Shown here one piece after another: positions 39,001 to 46,383 of a stretch of DNA of 64,000 nt. Origin of the DNA: Eledone cirrhosa (Eukaryota); assembly GCA_964016885.1 (NCBI GenBank), contig OZ024752.1, positions 40,548,001 through 40,612,000 on the forward strand, read 5' to 3'. Numbering within the stretch: the stretch's first letter is position 1; each line of letters begins with the position of its first letter. The position numbers and the translations under genes are program-made. Below the pieces are notes generated by a model. It was not told the origin of the DNA. It saw only the letters and a program-made list of their open reading frames with translations, and searched no databases.

Positions 39001-41276
39001 TACTGTCGTATTGTCTATGACTAGTTTGTTTAATTTTTTTCTGTGATATACTCTGACTATACTCCAGTTACTTCATCTATCCATTATTCTATAACAACAA
39101 AGAGGGTGGTGGATTGGCAGTATCGGTAGAGGGTGGTGGATTGGCAGTATCGGTAGAGGGTGGTGGATTGGCAGTATCGGTAGAGGGTGGTGGATTGGCA
39201 GTATCGGTAGAGGGTGGTGGATTGGCAGTATCGGTAGAGGGTGGTGGATTGGCAGTATCGGTAGAGGGTCGGACGCCATGCTTTCCAGCATAGTTACGTC
39301 CCTTTACGATCTGAGTTCAAATCCCGCCGAGGTTGACTTTGCCTTTCATCCTTACGGGGTCGATAAAATAAAGTACCAGTAATGCACTGGGATAATTGCT
39401 GGCCTTGTGCCAAAAGTAGAAACAATTATTATTGTTTTAAAGGGCGGTGGATTGGCAGTATCAGTAGAGGGTCGGACGCCATGCTTTCCAGCATAGTTAC
39501 GTCCCTTTACGATCTGAGTTCAAATCCCACCGAGGTTGACTTTGCCTTTCATCCTTACGGGGTCGATAAAATAAAGTACCAGTAATGCACTGGGTAATTG
39601 CTGGCCTTGTGCCTAAAGTAGAAACAATTATTCTATATCAACAATATACTTACTCAACAAACTCCAGTATTGTTACCCTAAAGAATGTGTACCTCTGTTC
39701 ATTGCTTGTGAGGAGTCTGGCTGAGACTCTCCCGTGCCCCGTCCCTGCCTTTTCCTCCATCTTATCTCTTGTTCACAGCATACATCTACTCACCTCCACT
39801 TTAGCATTTCTACAATCTCTCCATCCCCTCATTTTATTGTGTCAACACCGATAGAGGCAGGCAGCCTTGAAGTTTTTCTATATGTCAGGACTAAAGTGGG
39901 GAATTTCTAAAGCTAGAATTTCCGGTGTGTGGGGAGTGGGGGTCGGGGTGATGTTTGTTTCCTACATGCATGCATGTATACATGCATGTACACACACACA
40001 CATACATACACACATACACACATACGCATGCACAGTTTTCATCTACCAAAACTCCTGGTCAACCCAAGATTAAAGTAAAAGAAGACATGTGAAGGTAAAT
40101 TGTGATTGAAACCACTTTAGATGTAGATGAAACTTTTTAACAACATGACCAGGCTGGCATATATTTTTTGTTTTTCTTTGGGGGTTTTTTTTTTACTGTT
40201 GGGTGGTGTAGAGGTCACGTGTGTGCCCATATGGGGTTTGCAGGTTTTTCCACACTGTTTATAAATCAAACTCACTGAAATCTGAAACCCATTGCTCAAG
40301 GGATAACTAGCAGTTATCATCTGGGGGGTGTAGGTTTGTATATGTTCAATTCCTGGCAGCGTGTTGTGTCTTTGAGCAAGACACTTTATTTCACGTTGTT
40401 CCAGTCCACTCAGCTGGCAAAAATGAGTTGTACCTGTAGTTCGAAGGGCCAGGCTTGTCACATTTGGTGCCTTACTGAATCTTCCTGAGAACTATGTTAA
40501 GGGTACCCGTGTCTGTGGAATGCTCAGCCACTTGCACGTTAATTTCACAAGCAGGCTGTTCCATTGATCGGATCAACTGGAACACTCCGAATCGTAACCG
40601 ATGGAGTGTCATTATATATCACCACCGGTGATTATATATCAGGCGGTGGATTGGCAGTATTGGTAGAGTGTCGGATGCCATCCTTTGGCGCATAGAGTTA
40701 CGGCCCTTGCCATTCTGAGTTCAAATCCCGCTGAGGTTAACTTTGCCTTTCATCCTTACGGGGTCGATAAAATAAAGTACCAGTAATACACTGGGTAATT
40801 GCTGGCCTTGTGCCTAACGTAGAAATAATTATATATCACCACCAGATGATAACTAGCAAACTAAACTACTAAACAACTGAACTACTAAACCACTAAACTA
40901 CTAAACCACTAAACTACTAAATCACTAAACCACTAAACTACTAAACCACTAAACTACTAAATCACTAAACTACTAAACAACTAAACCACTAAACCACTAA
41001 ACAACTAAACAACTAAACCACTAAACAACTAAACAACTAAACAACTAAACAACTAAACAACTAAACCACTAAACCACTAAACAACTAAACCACTAAACCA
41101 CTAAACCACTAAACAACTAAACCACTAAACTACTAAACCTTCACTAGTAAAAATTAAACACATTTTTAGATATTTTCTGCTGAGCGATGTTATGAATTAA
41201 TACATAGAACATATTTTTATGTGACAACCTTTGTTTTAAAGAGAAACTTTATCTATTTCAGTACTCCACGGTATGA
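7818..41276 (+). CDS. ARAP: ARAP-family protein (ArfGAP with RhoGAP, ankyrin and PH domains), 3' portion; 23 exons encoding PH3-PH4-RhoGAP-RA-PH5
   Basis: Manually spliced 23 GT-AG exons with matching phases and no internal stop (1889 nt). Motifs: FLRRWCLLEHGILSYY (PH), QQLTADDIPVIVDKCI, GIYRQSG, LKKFFRDMDDPL, NKMGVDQLAIVFGPTL (RhoGAP), WILYETVCNGTLERMIH (RA), WRIEDLNIYMGV..RPGFTF (last PH). The 5' exons (ArfGAP, ankyrin) were not found in the window. Confidence 0.9.
8566..8633 (+). CDS. ARAP: ARAP exon (NNVARGSIDNSQMLVIQATHTEK)
   Basis: ttgtag/gtaaat; phase 0 to 2 fits neighbours; PH GxI motif. Confidence 0.82.
9080..9687 (-). mobile_element. Internally deleted RTE-like element (5'UTR-like part joined to C2H2-finger-coding 3' end)
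   Basis: ctaggagaaggaaaactctga motif, CSVCTRVFKSLAGLKSHTRSAH* (9142-9219), 3' hairpin tactcgaaaacgagt, ATGT tail; flanked by TACA repeats. Confidence 0.6.
9814..9922 (+). CDS. ARAP: ARAP exon (YKHSFELSTTQNSNRIYQFATDDLEEQTKWMQAIAK)
   Basis: cttcag/gttagt; PH C-terminal helix with conserved W. Confidence 0.9.
10425..11308. repeat. 40-42-bp minisatellite (~21 copies)
   Basis: Unit aatgatgaggtggcacacaagttagagctttggcatcac(gt/acat). Confidence 0.96.
11980..12165 (+). mobile_element. RTE-clade LINE 3' fragment
   Basis: WQPSEGRTCRGRRKITYVDTL..ET....EELKTTMND..VW; (gataa) tail. Confidence 0.7.
12513..12599 (+). CDS. ARAP: ARAP exon (VFSPAEGFIKLSESIFDLAGIFYIKWHGI)
   Basis: ttctag/gtaagt; phase 0-0. 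Confidence 0.85.
12799..13133. mobile_element. Degenerate mariner-like MITE with internal ~160-bp duplication
   Basis: Imperfect TIRs aaaagttcatagtctgac / gtcaggctatgaattttt. Confidence 0.55.
13301..13357 (+). CDS. ARAP: ARAP exon (EWSKSWVMVSGKDLTYLTK)
   Basis: ctctag/gtaagt; phase 0-0; PH WxxxW strand. Confidence 0.85.
13735..15190. repeat. AT-rich 24-bp minisatellite changing to a ~40-bp compound unit
   Basis: Unit tagaatatataattatatt(c/t)ttta; later alternates with tagaatatataatcata. Confidence 0.96.
15220..15265 (+). CDS. ARAP: ARAP exon (EKTWEHLDLRKTIKM)
   Basis: ttgcag/gtaagt; LDLRK motif; phase 0-1. Confidence 0.85.
15550..15855. repeat. CT-rich low-complexity repeat
   Basis: (cct)n with ctacctccttcttgt anchors. 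Confidence 0.9.
16010..16091 (+). CDS. ARAP: ARAP exon (SKINIPDEKCTSSIQSNGHCFVAVFPK)
   Basis: tttcag/gtaagt; phase 1-2. Confidence 0.82.
16303..16570 (-). mobile_element. Penelope-like pseudo-LTR remnant with minimal hammerhead motif (16423-16458)
   Basis: Minus strand CTGAAGAA-GAGAT att ATCTC-GAAA-ATTA; perfect 30-bp inverted repeat at 16303-16332 / 16511-16540. Confidence 0.55.
17435..17507 (+). CDS. ARAP: ARAP exon (IALYFQADLQHDTERLANLMQKATV)
   Basis: tttcag/gtaagt; phase 2-0. Confidence 0.85.
17550..17925 (+). mobile_element. RTE-clade LINE 3' fragment
   Basis: VRERRLQWYGHVMRMDDDRWVKKCQELPVEGRRGRGRPRKTWAEVV...DRDKWR; (GAT)n tail. Confidence 0.9.
18250..18340 (+). CDS. ARAP: ARAP exon, RhoGAP start (TCQRYFSAQQLTADDIPVIVDKCIKFIMTN)
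   Basis: ttccag/gtaagt; IPVIVDKCI RhoGAP motif preceded by ARAP-like QQL. Confidence 0.93.
19378..19455 (+). CDS. ARAP: ARAP exon with RhoGAP arginine finger (GLQESGIYRQSGVKSQIAKLLETFQN)
   Basis: aaatag/gtaagt; GIYRxSG. Confidence 0.93.
20440..21083 (+). mobile_element. piggyBac-like MITE with internal 60-bp tandem expansion (~8 copies, 20580-21075)
   Basis: TTAA-CCCTTT ... AAAGGG-TTAA; same family as 35306-35519. Confidence 0.75.
21210..21344 (+). CDS. ARAP: ARAP exon, RhoGAP (DAQKVQL...VSGVLKKFFRDMDDPLLTQDLYVKWIKTA)
   Basis: tttcag/gtaagg; LKxFFR.M.DPL. Confidence 0.93.
21893..21998 (+). CDS. ARAP: ARAP exon, RhoGAP (ETDDTQVKITWYKYLIKKLPPVNQTTLKKLVTHLW)
   Basis: cttcag/gtaggt; LPPVN..TLK.L..HL. 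Confidence 0.93.
22048..23190. repeat. Compound (GT)n(AT)n microsatellite
   Basis: Direct reading. Confidence 0.95.
23837..23927 (+). CDS. ARAP: ARAP exon, RhoGAP (SVAENEHSNKMGVDQLAIVFGPTLMSGGSIQ)
   Basis: ttgcag/gtaagt; NKM...LAIVFGPTL. Confidence 0.93.
24078..26625. repeat. 76-bp minisatellite (73-bp variant), ~34 copies
   Basis: Unit acaagatggttagtagtaacatgggcagctatctaaagctacc(t/a)acctatgtatccatctttggacaataaataca. Confidence 0.97.
26686..26760 (+). CDS. ARAP: ARAP exon, RhoGAP end (NNYSNTNSEITVIRELVKYHESLFE)
   Basis: tttcag/gtatgg; phase 0-0. Confidence 0.87.
26830..27060. repeat. (CAC)n-based microsatellite
   Basis: Direct reading. Confidence 0.92.
27107..27178 (+). CDS. ARAP: ARAP exon (FCYKDKEIEKKIQEASEKMENLKK)
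   Basis: caacag/gtaggc; phase 0-0; helical linker. Confidence 0.8.
27264..27653 (-). mobile_element. Full-length CORE-like SINE with RTE-derived 3' tail
   Basis: tRNA head at the 27650 end; tail cttgcaagcagggaaaaagcggacgtaaaatga..gatgat matches the RTE 3' ends at 17875 and 34000. Confidence 0.85.
28043..29098 (-). repeat. Tandem array of ~131-bp group A SINE 3' segment (8 copies)
   Basis: Each unit has B box, body, tail and the spacer tttgttaatatat. Confidence 0.95.
29141..29215 (+). CDS. ARAP: ARAP exon, RA domain start (TSVVSDFLMLHIYIGVYDSQPKAIN)
   Basis: tttcag/gtaagt; phase 0-0. Confidence 0.85.
29527..30085. repeat. 48-bp minisatellite (~11 copies) related to the internal repeat of the RTE-tailed SINE
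   Basis: Unit cccagtccacactgtaaagtggtcatgtaggtgtcacaacaaatagta. Confidence 0.9.
30258..30366 (+). CDS. ARAP: ARAP exon, RA domain (VSWSMNGGDVLSRIL...WILYETVCNGTL)
   Basis: ttttag/gtaagt; WxLYE RA motif. Confidence 0.88.
31215..31345 (+). CDS. ARAP: ARAP exon, RA domain end (ERMIHRTENIEDVLNQYKYW...NFKDY)
   Basis: tgacag/gtaagt; LERxxHxxE RA motif across the junction. Confidence 0.88.
31434..32603. repeat. 55-bp minisatellite (~21 copies) filling most of an intron
   Basis: Unit cattaacaaggtttagtattttataaacattagtacagcattagtcttgttacta. Confidence 0.97.
32641..32754 (+). CDS. ARAP: ARAP exon, last PH (FDPSKTLMAELEFSEKKVCRKYMFEFTQAKLSYYKDVK)
   Basis: ttctag/gttagt; LxYYKD. Confidence 0.88.
33442..33518 (+). 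CDS. ARAP: ARAP exon (SPPTASWRIEDLNIYMGVEKNRDPK)
   Basis: tactag/gtaagt; WxIxxLxIYxG typical of the last ARAP PH domain. Confidence 0.88.
33740..34050 (+). mobile_element. RTE-clade LINE 3' fragment (same family as 17550)
   Basis: RRLRWYGHVMRMEDGRWVKKCQEVPVEG..RGRP.KTW; (GAT)n tail. Confidence 0.9.
34630..34674 (+). CDS. ARAP: ARAP exon (LRPGFTFVVKNEKQK)
   Basis: ttgcag/gtaagt; GFT motif; phase 2-2. Confidence 0.87.
34700..35020. repeat. 60-bp minisatellite (~5 copies)
   Basis: Unit tgagtgtagctagctgttatgttttagttgttagtttgaggtagaggctgtactcacatg. Confidence 0.93.
35086..35176 (+). CDS. ARAP: ARAP exon (RSKETPYFGKALYFSSQNDMYVWYAGMMFTK)
   Basis: ttgcag/gtaagc; PH terminal helix W. Confidence 0.87.
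35306..35519 (+). mobile_element. piggyBac-like MITE (~214 bp) with TTAA target duplication; relatives near 7310-7695, 13370-13610, 23490-23556, 30634-30770
   Basis: TTAA|CCCTTCAGCATTTA ... TAAATGCTAAAGGG|TTAA. Confidence 0.8.
35548..35868. repeat. 42-bp minisatellite (~7.5 copies)
   Basis: Unit atatagactcttgtataacatacctattacagctagactggg. Confidence 0.94.
36063..36824. repeat. ~170-bp near-perfect direct repeats (36063-36234, 36655-36824) flanking a hammerhead-containing segment
   Basis: aatatatttagaaacacacagatagatgcgg...gagttaaaaatacat occurs twice. Confidence 0.9.
36305..36392 (-). ncRNA. Type I hammerhead ribozyme-like motif with U3-A8 core variant
   Basis: Minus strand TCCTC-TTGATAA-GTCGGCA...TGCCAC-GAAA-CTA ca TAG-TC-GAGGA; helices I, II and III all pair; GUC site. 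Confidence 0.65.
37463..37846 (-). mobile_element. Full-length CORE-like SINE with RTE-derived tail
   Basis: Near-identical to 27264-27653. Confidence 0.85.
37972..38316. mobile_element. Tigger/pogo-like MITE with TA target duplication
   Basis: TA|CAGTGGAACCTCGGTTCAC ... GTGAACCGAGGTTTTACTG|TA. Confidence 0.8.
39102..39265 (+). repeat. 27-bp tandem repeat of the group A SINE 5' end (6 copies)
   Basis: gggtggtggattggcagtatcggtaga repeated, then a complete SINE. Confidence 0.93.
40340..40612 (+). mobile_element. CORE-like SINE with a third tail type; second copy at ~54940-55260
   Basis: CORE-like box followed by gagttgtacctgta...cgtaaccga(t/c)ggag. Confidence 0.75.
40858..41138. repeat. 8-bp microsatellite (CTAAAC[A/C/T]A)n
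   Basis: Direct reading. Confidence 0.92.
41262..41276 (+). CDS. ARAP: Probable terminal coding exon (YSTV*), followed by putative 3' UTR
   Basis: tatttcag acceptor in phase 0, TGA at 41274-41276, then non-repetitive AT-rich sequence; AATAAA near 41571. Confidence 0.6.
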   Translation, partial: YSTV

Positions 41277-41537
41277 CCAACAGTTACAGCCATCTAGGAT
41301 TCATCTACTTGTCAACAGTTTTATGGAATGAGCTTAGTCTTGAGCAAGTTTTTCTGCACATCTGGCACATCTTTGCATGATTATTACTTTAACTGAGAAA
41401 ATCACATCAGACCAACCAATTCTTTTATAAGAAACATTCTGTATTATACATTGAAATTTAGTGATTTGTCAGATTGGATTTTAATAGCTCTCTCTTTAAA
41501 ATCCTGTCAAATTATATTTAAATGATAAAATATAAGG

Positions 41538-41569
<32 letters not shown>

Positions 41570-43239
41570 AAATAAATATATAATGATGAAATGTTGAAAT
41601 AAGATATGCATCTGAAAAATCAACAACAACTAAACATAAAAAACAACATACTTTTCCTTTTTACTGTTGTTACAGAACTGACTTTAAGACTAAACATTGA
41701 TGTTTGGTATTAACATTGATACAATTGTAAGAGGAATAGATTAGAAAAAAAACAAAACAACAACAACAACAACAAAAAAGCCATGAAAATATTACATTAA
41801 TGGAATGGAGTTGTTGCTTGAGGTAAGGAAACAACGACCTTCTGATTAAAGATTCTAAAGAAATGAACTGGTTTAAATCATGAACTACAAATCATTGTAT
41901 TGTTATTGTTCTTATGGTGTTATGGCCCTTTAAGTTCTGACTTCAAATCCTGCTGAGGTTAGCTTTGCCTTTCATTCATTCTTAAGGGATCAATAAATAA
42001 AAATAAAGTACCAGTAATGCACTGGGGTTGATTTAATCAATTTCTCACCCCTTCTTGAAAATTGTTGGCCTTGTGCTTAAATCAGAAACAAATTATTTTT
42101 ATATAAATCAGTTCTGTATGAGCAAGGCATGGTCACCTGACCTAGCATTGCCCACAACAGGACAACTAGTCTAACCCATGCTTGTGTGGAAAATGGACGA
42201 AAAACGGTGATGATGATGATGATGATGATGATGGATTGGCAGAATTGTTAAAGCATCGGATAAAATGTCTTGTGGCTGTGGCTCTGTGTACACTGATTTC
42301 CAAATCTGCCGAGTTTCACTTTACTATTCATCTTTGGAGTTGATAAAATAAAGTACCAGCTATGTACTGGGGGGTGTCAGAATAATTGTCTCATTCTTTC
42401 CTTGTGTGTGTATATATGTGTGTGACTGCATACATATGCACATACATAGATACATAGATATGTGTGTATGTGACTGCATACATACACACATACACACATA
42501 TACATATACATACATACGTGTGTGTATGAGTGTATGTGTGTGTGTGTGTCTGAATTTCTTCAAGTTTTGAAATTTAATGGCTTCAAGAAGGGAAGTAATC
42601 AAAACCAATTCTATTGTTGCTGCTGAACTCGTGTCATCTCATTGGAAAAAAAAACAACCCGGCCCCCCACAAAAAAACAAACAAACAAAAAAAAATACAA
42701 AAAAAAAAAAAAAATAACAAAAAACAAAAACAAACTAAATTACGATCAAACAAACAAAAGAAATCTATTTTACAAAATAAACCAGTTTCTCCTTATTTTT
42801 CTGTCTTACTCTATATTGTAATTTCCATTCTAATTATAATATTTTCTTTAAAAAAAAAAACAACAAAAATAAATATCAGTTGAAAATAAAAAGAAAACTG
42901 TCTGATGCTGTGATAAAGTCTAATATGCATTAAAATGTATTTCTTTACCATCATGTCCTTTTCTTTTTCATTTATCTCAAATACCTTCTCTCTCCCCAAA
43001 TAAAGATCAAATGTCCCCTTGATATTATAGTGGATTGGCAGTATCGGTAGAGGGTCGGATGCCATGCTTTGCAGCAAAGAGTTACAGCCCTTTATGGTCT
43101 GAGTTCAAATCCTGCCGAGGGTTAACTTTGCCTTTCATCCTTACGGGGTCGATAAAATAAAGTACCAGTAATACACTAGGATAATTGCTGGCCTTGTGCC
43201 AAAAGTAGAAACAATTATATTGTCATCCTCTCCACCTAT

Positions 43240-44098
43240 TGAGTTAAGTTCAACAGTACGTCCTCATGTAACAGTTGCTACGAACATTATATTGAACAAG
43301 CTGCGAAGACACTCCAAGACACTCCGATAAGAGCTGACAGACAGTAGTTCACTGTTGGAAAATTAGGGAACTACACAAGAAAAATTCATATAGAATTGTG
43401 GTGGATGAATTTTACGAAATTATTCTGTCTTTCTATCTGTGTAATGAGGCAACCATGGAATTCTATCAAAGCAATGGAGAAATATATTTTATAACCAAAA
43501 TAAAGACCAAAATTAAAACAATTATAAATATAAGCTATCGCCGTATTTTGACTAAAGAAATTAAAGAAAATTATTTAGCCTGATAGTGGGGTTAAGAACC
43601 CTCGGCGAAATGGAAAAAGATGAGTATTTGGAGTTAAGAAGCCTCGGCGAAATGGAAAAAGCTGAGTATTTGGGGTTAAGAAGCCTCGGCGAAATGGAAA
43701 AAGCTGAGTATTTGGGGTTAAGAAGCCTCGGCGAAATGGAAAAAGCTGAGTATTTGGGGTTAAGAAGCCTCGGCGAAATGGAAAAAGATGAGTATTTGGG
43801 GTTAAGAAGCCTCGGCGAAATGGAAAAAGCTGAGTATTTGGGGTTAAGAAGCCTCGGCGAAATGGAAAAAGATGAGTATTTGGGGTTAAGAACCCTCGGC
43901 GAAATGGAAAAAGCTGAGTATTTGGGGTTAAGAAGCCTCGGCGAAATGGAAAAAGATGAGTATTTGGGGTTAAGAACCCTCGGAGAAATGGAAAAAGATG
44001 AGTATTGGTCAATACTCATCTTTTTCCATTTCTCTGAGGGTTAGATAATTTTCTTTAATTTCTTTAGTCAAAATACGGCGATAGTTTATATTTATAAT
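43240..44098 (+). mobile_element. Penelope-like remnant: degenerate GIY-YIG endonuclease C-terminus, then inverted repeats enclosing a 42-bp array (43587-44005, 10 copies)
   Basis: CNSCYEHYIEQAAKTL..IR..RQ / FYLC.E..ME / YFITKIK.K with frameshifts; IR arms ~43520-43580 and ~44040-44098. Confidence 0.6.
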
Positions 44099-45818
44099 TT
44101 CAAACTTGCTGGATGTTTCGAAAATATTCTTACATAAAACAATTATGTATTAATTAGACAATATGACCACCCCTCCCACTGTAAAGTGGTCGTGGAGGTC
44201 TCACGATAAAAAAAAGCACCCAGCCCTCCCTGTAAATGAGGTTGGTGTTAGGAAGGGCATCCAACTAGAAATCAAGCCAGAATCAGTCCTGTATTAGAAA
44301 GACATTGTCACCCCACCTGGCATTGCCCACAACAGGACAACACGTCTAACCCATGCTAGCGTGGATACATTGACGTAAAACGGTGATGATGATGATGACG
44401 GCAGCAAGTATCCTTCCAAAATTATTTAAAAAATAAATAATAAATAAAATACATTATTTTTGGATTGGCACCATCGGTAGAGCATCGGGCACCCTGTTTT
44501 GCAGCATAGAGTTGTGGCCCTTTACGTTCCGAGTAGAAATCCCGACGAGGTTAGCTTTGCCTTTCATCCCTACGGGGTCGATAAAATAAAGTACCAGTCA
44601 TGCACTGAGGTATTTGCTGGCCTTGTGCCTAAAGTAGAAACAATTATTTTAGGTACATTAGAGTTACGTACCTTGTCATGTTAACAATATAAGCAACAGT
44701 AAGTACACAGTTGCTTCCCATATCACAAAGGATATAAGCGACACTAACAAGACAGCATCGACATAGATGTAACCATGAAATATACTCTTCGATTAACTCA
44801 AAAGAAGGAAGAAATGTGATTATTATTTATTCTGAAAACTTTAAAAAAATATATTTTGCATGATTTTATTTCATTTCAGTTGTACTGTAAATTTATATAA
44901 ATATATCAAATGCATTTCCAACCCATCATTATTTTTCCGCTCTCTCTCTCTCTCTATATATATATATTTAGTCCAGAATTAGCCGTCGAAACGGCTTGAG
45001 CTCAGCCGTCGGGGTCCTACTCGTTCCTATTACCCACTCTACTACCCTAAGTATTGAGTACTTTGGTGCGTTATGGTCCACCTGGTTCCTTACCACATTT
45101 CCTTCGTTATATATATATATATTATTAAAATAACAGATTAAAGTTTAAGCAAAGAATCGCTTCTGAATATCCCGTTAAGGGTGAAAGCAACGATTCTTTG
45201 CTTAAACTTGAATCTGTTATTTTAATAAATATTTGCTTTAAGGTTCTTATATATTTGATATATATTTATCCTTATCGAGCCCTCTTTGGATTTTAGTCTT
45301 TATTATTATAACTATATATATTTATTCCGAAGAGATTGTTTTGGTAAAAGCAGGAGAAAGCTTTCAACTTTCGTAGTTTTTAGTTACGATGGAGATTTTA
45401 TAAAAATAACAAAAATAATAATGGTGATGTTACATAAATCGTTTAATCACTATAATTATTTCCACGGTTCTCCATGCAATCGAGAAGTCCTTCATGCATT
45501 TGTTGTTGTTATGAGAACGGTATCCTCAGATAAAAACCAATTTAGTGATATGCTGCCGGCAGGAAAAAGCACATGTCCTTCTGCTCGTGTGTCCAGCAGA
45601 CATATATATATATATATATATATATCTATATATATATATATATATATATTAAGAGAGTAAAACAAAGAAGCCTTCAATACATCAAAAGTCATTATTAGCC
45701 GACAATGTTTCGTCCGTTAATTTTTCGGCTCTGTTTAACTACATTGAGCTATACCTTTTACTGTCATTTCTATAATACGAAGAGGGTGTTTAACTCCAAC
45801 ACGCTCCAGTATTTTAAC

Positions 45819-45855
<37 letters not shown>

Positions 45856-45861
<6 letters not shown>

Positions 45862-46075
45862 TTCAAAATATTAACAAAATAGATATTCTTGTGATCAATT
45901 ATATTTTATTATACATATTTTAGAGGTACTGAGTTAAGTTCAACATAACTGTTAAGTTCAACAGTATCTGATGAGGACGTACTGTTGAACTTAACTCAGT
46001 ACCTCTGAAATATGTATAATAAAATATAATTGAACACAAGAATATCTATTTTGTTAATATTTTGAATTAATATTA
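45856..46075 (+). mobile_element. Penelope-like pseudo-LTR palindrome containing a hammerhead motif (45968-46018)
   Basis: CTGATGA-GGACGTACTG..CAGTACCTCT-GAAA-TATGTA-TA; ~90-bp inverted arms. Confidence 0.65.
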
Positions 46076-46167
46076 ATAACTCTGGATAACTTTTTACTGT
46101 TGAGTGCTTCCAATCTATTGTATAACTCATTCTTTGATGTATTCACTGAACCTTGTTTAACTCTTAA

Positions 46168-46199
<32 letters not shown>

Positions 46200-46317
46200 T
46201 TCGTTTCCTAATTTGTTTTGCAAGATTTGTTATCTGAAAACATGTGTTGAAACATATATTGTTATACTTTGAGAGGGTCATACTTTGAGGGGGTCATGCT
46301 GCCAATAAAAAAAAAAT

Positions 46318-46383
<66 letters not shown>

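Noticed and set aside
40858-41138. Telomere-like repeat
   Set aside because: Unit is 8-bp CTAAACHA, not the (TTAGGG)n expected for molluscs.
43561-44044. 152-aa repeat protein ORFs
   Set aside because: 42-bp tandem array open on both strands.
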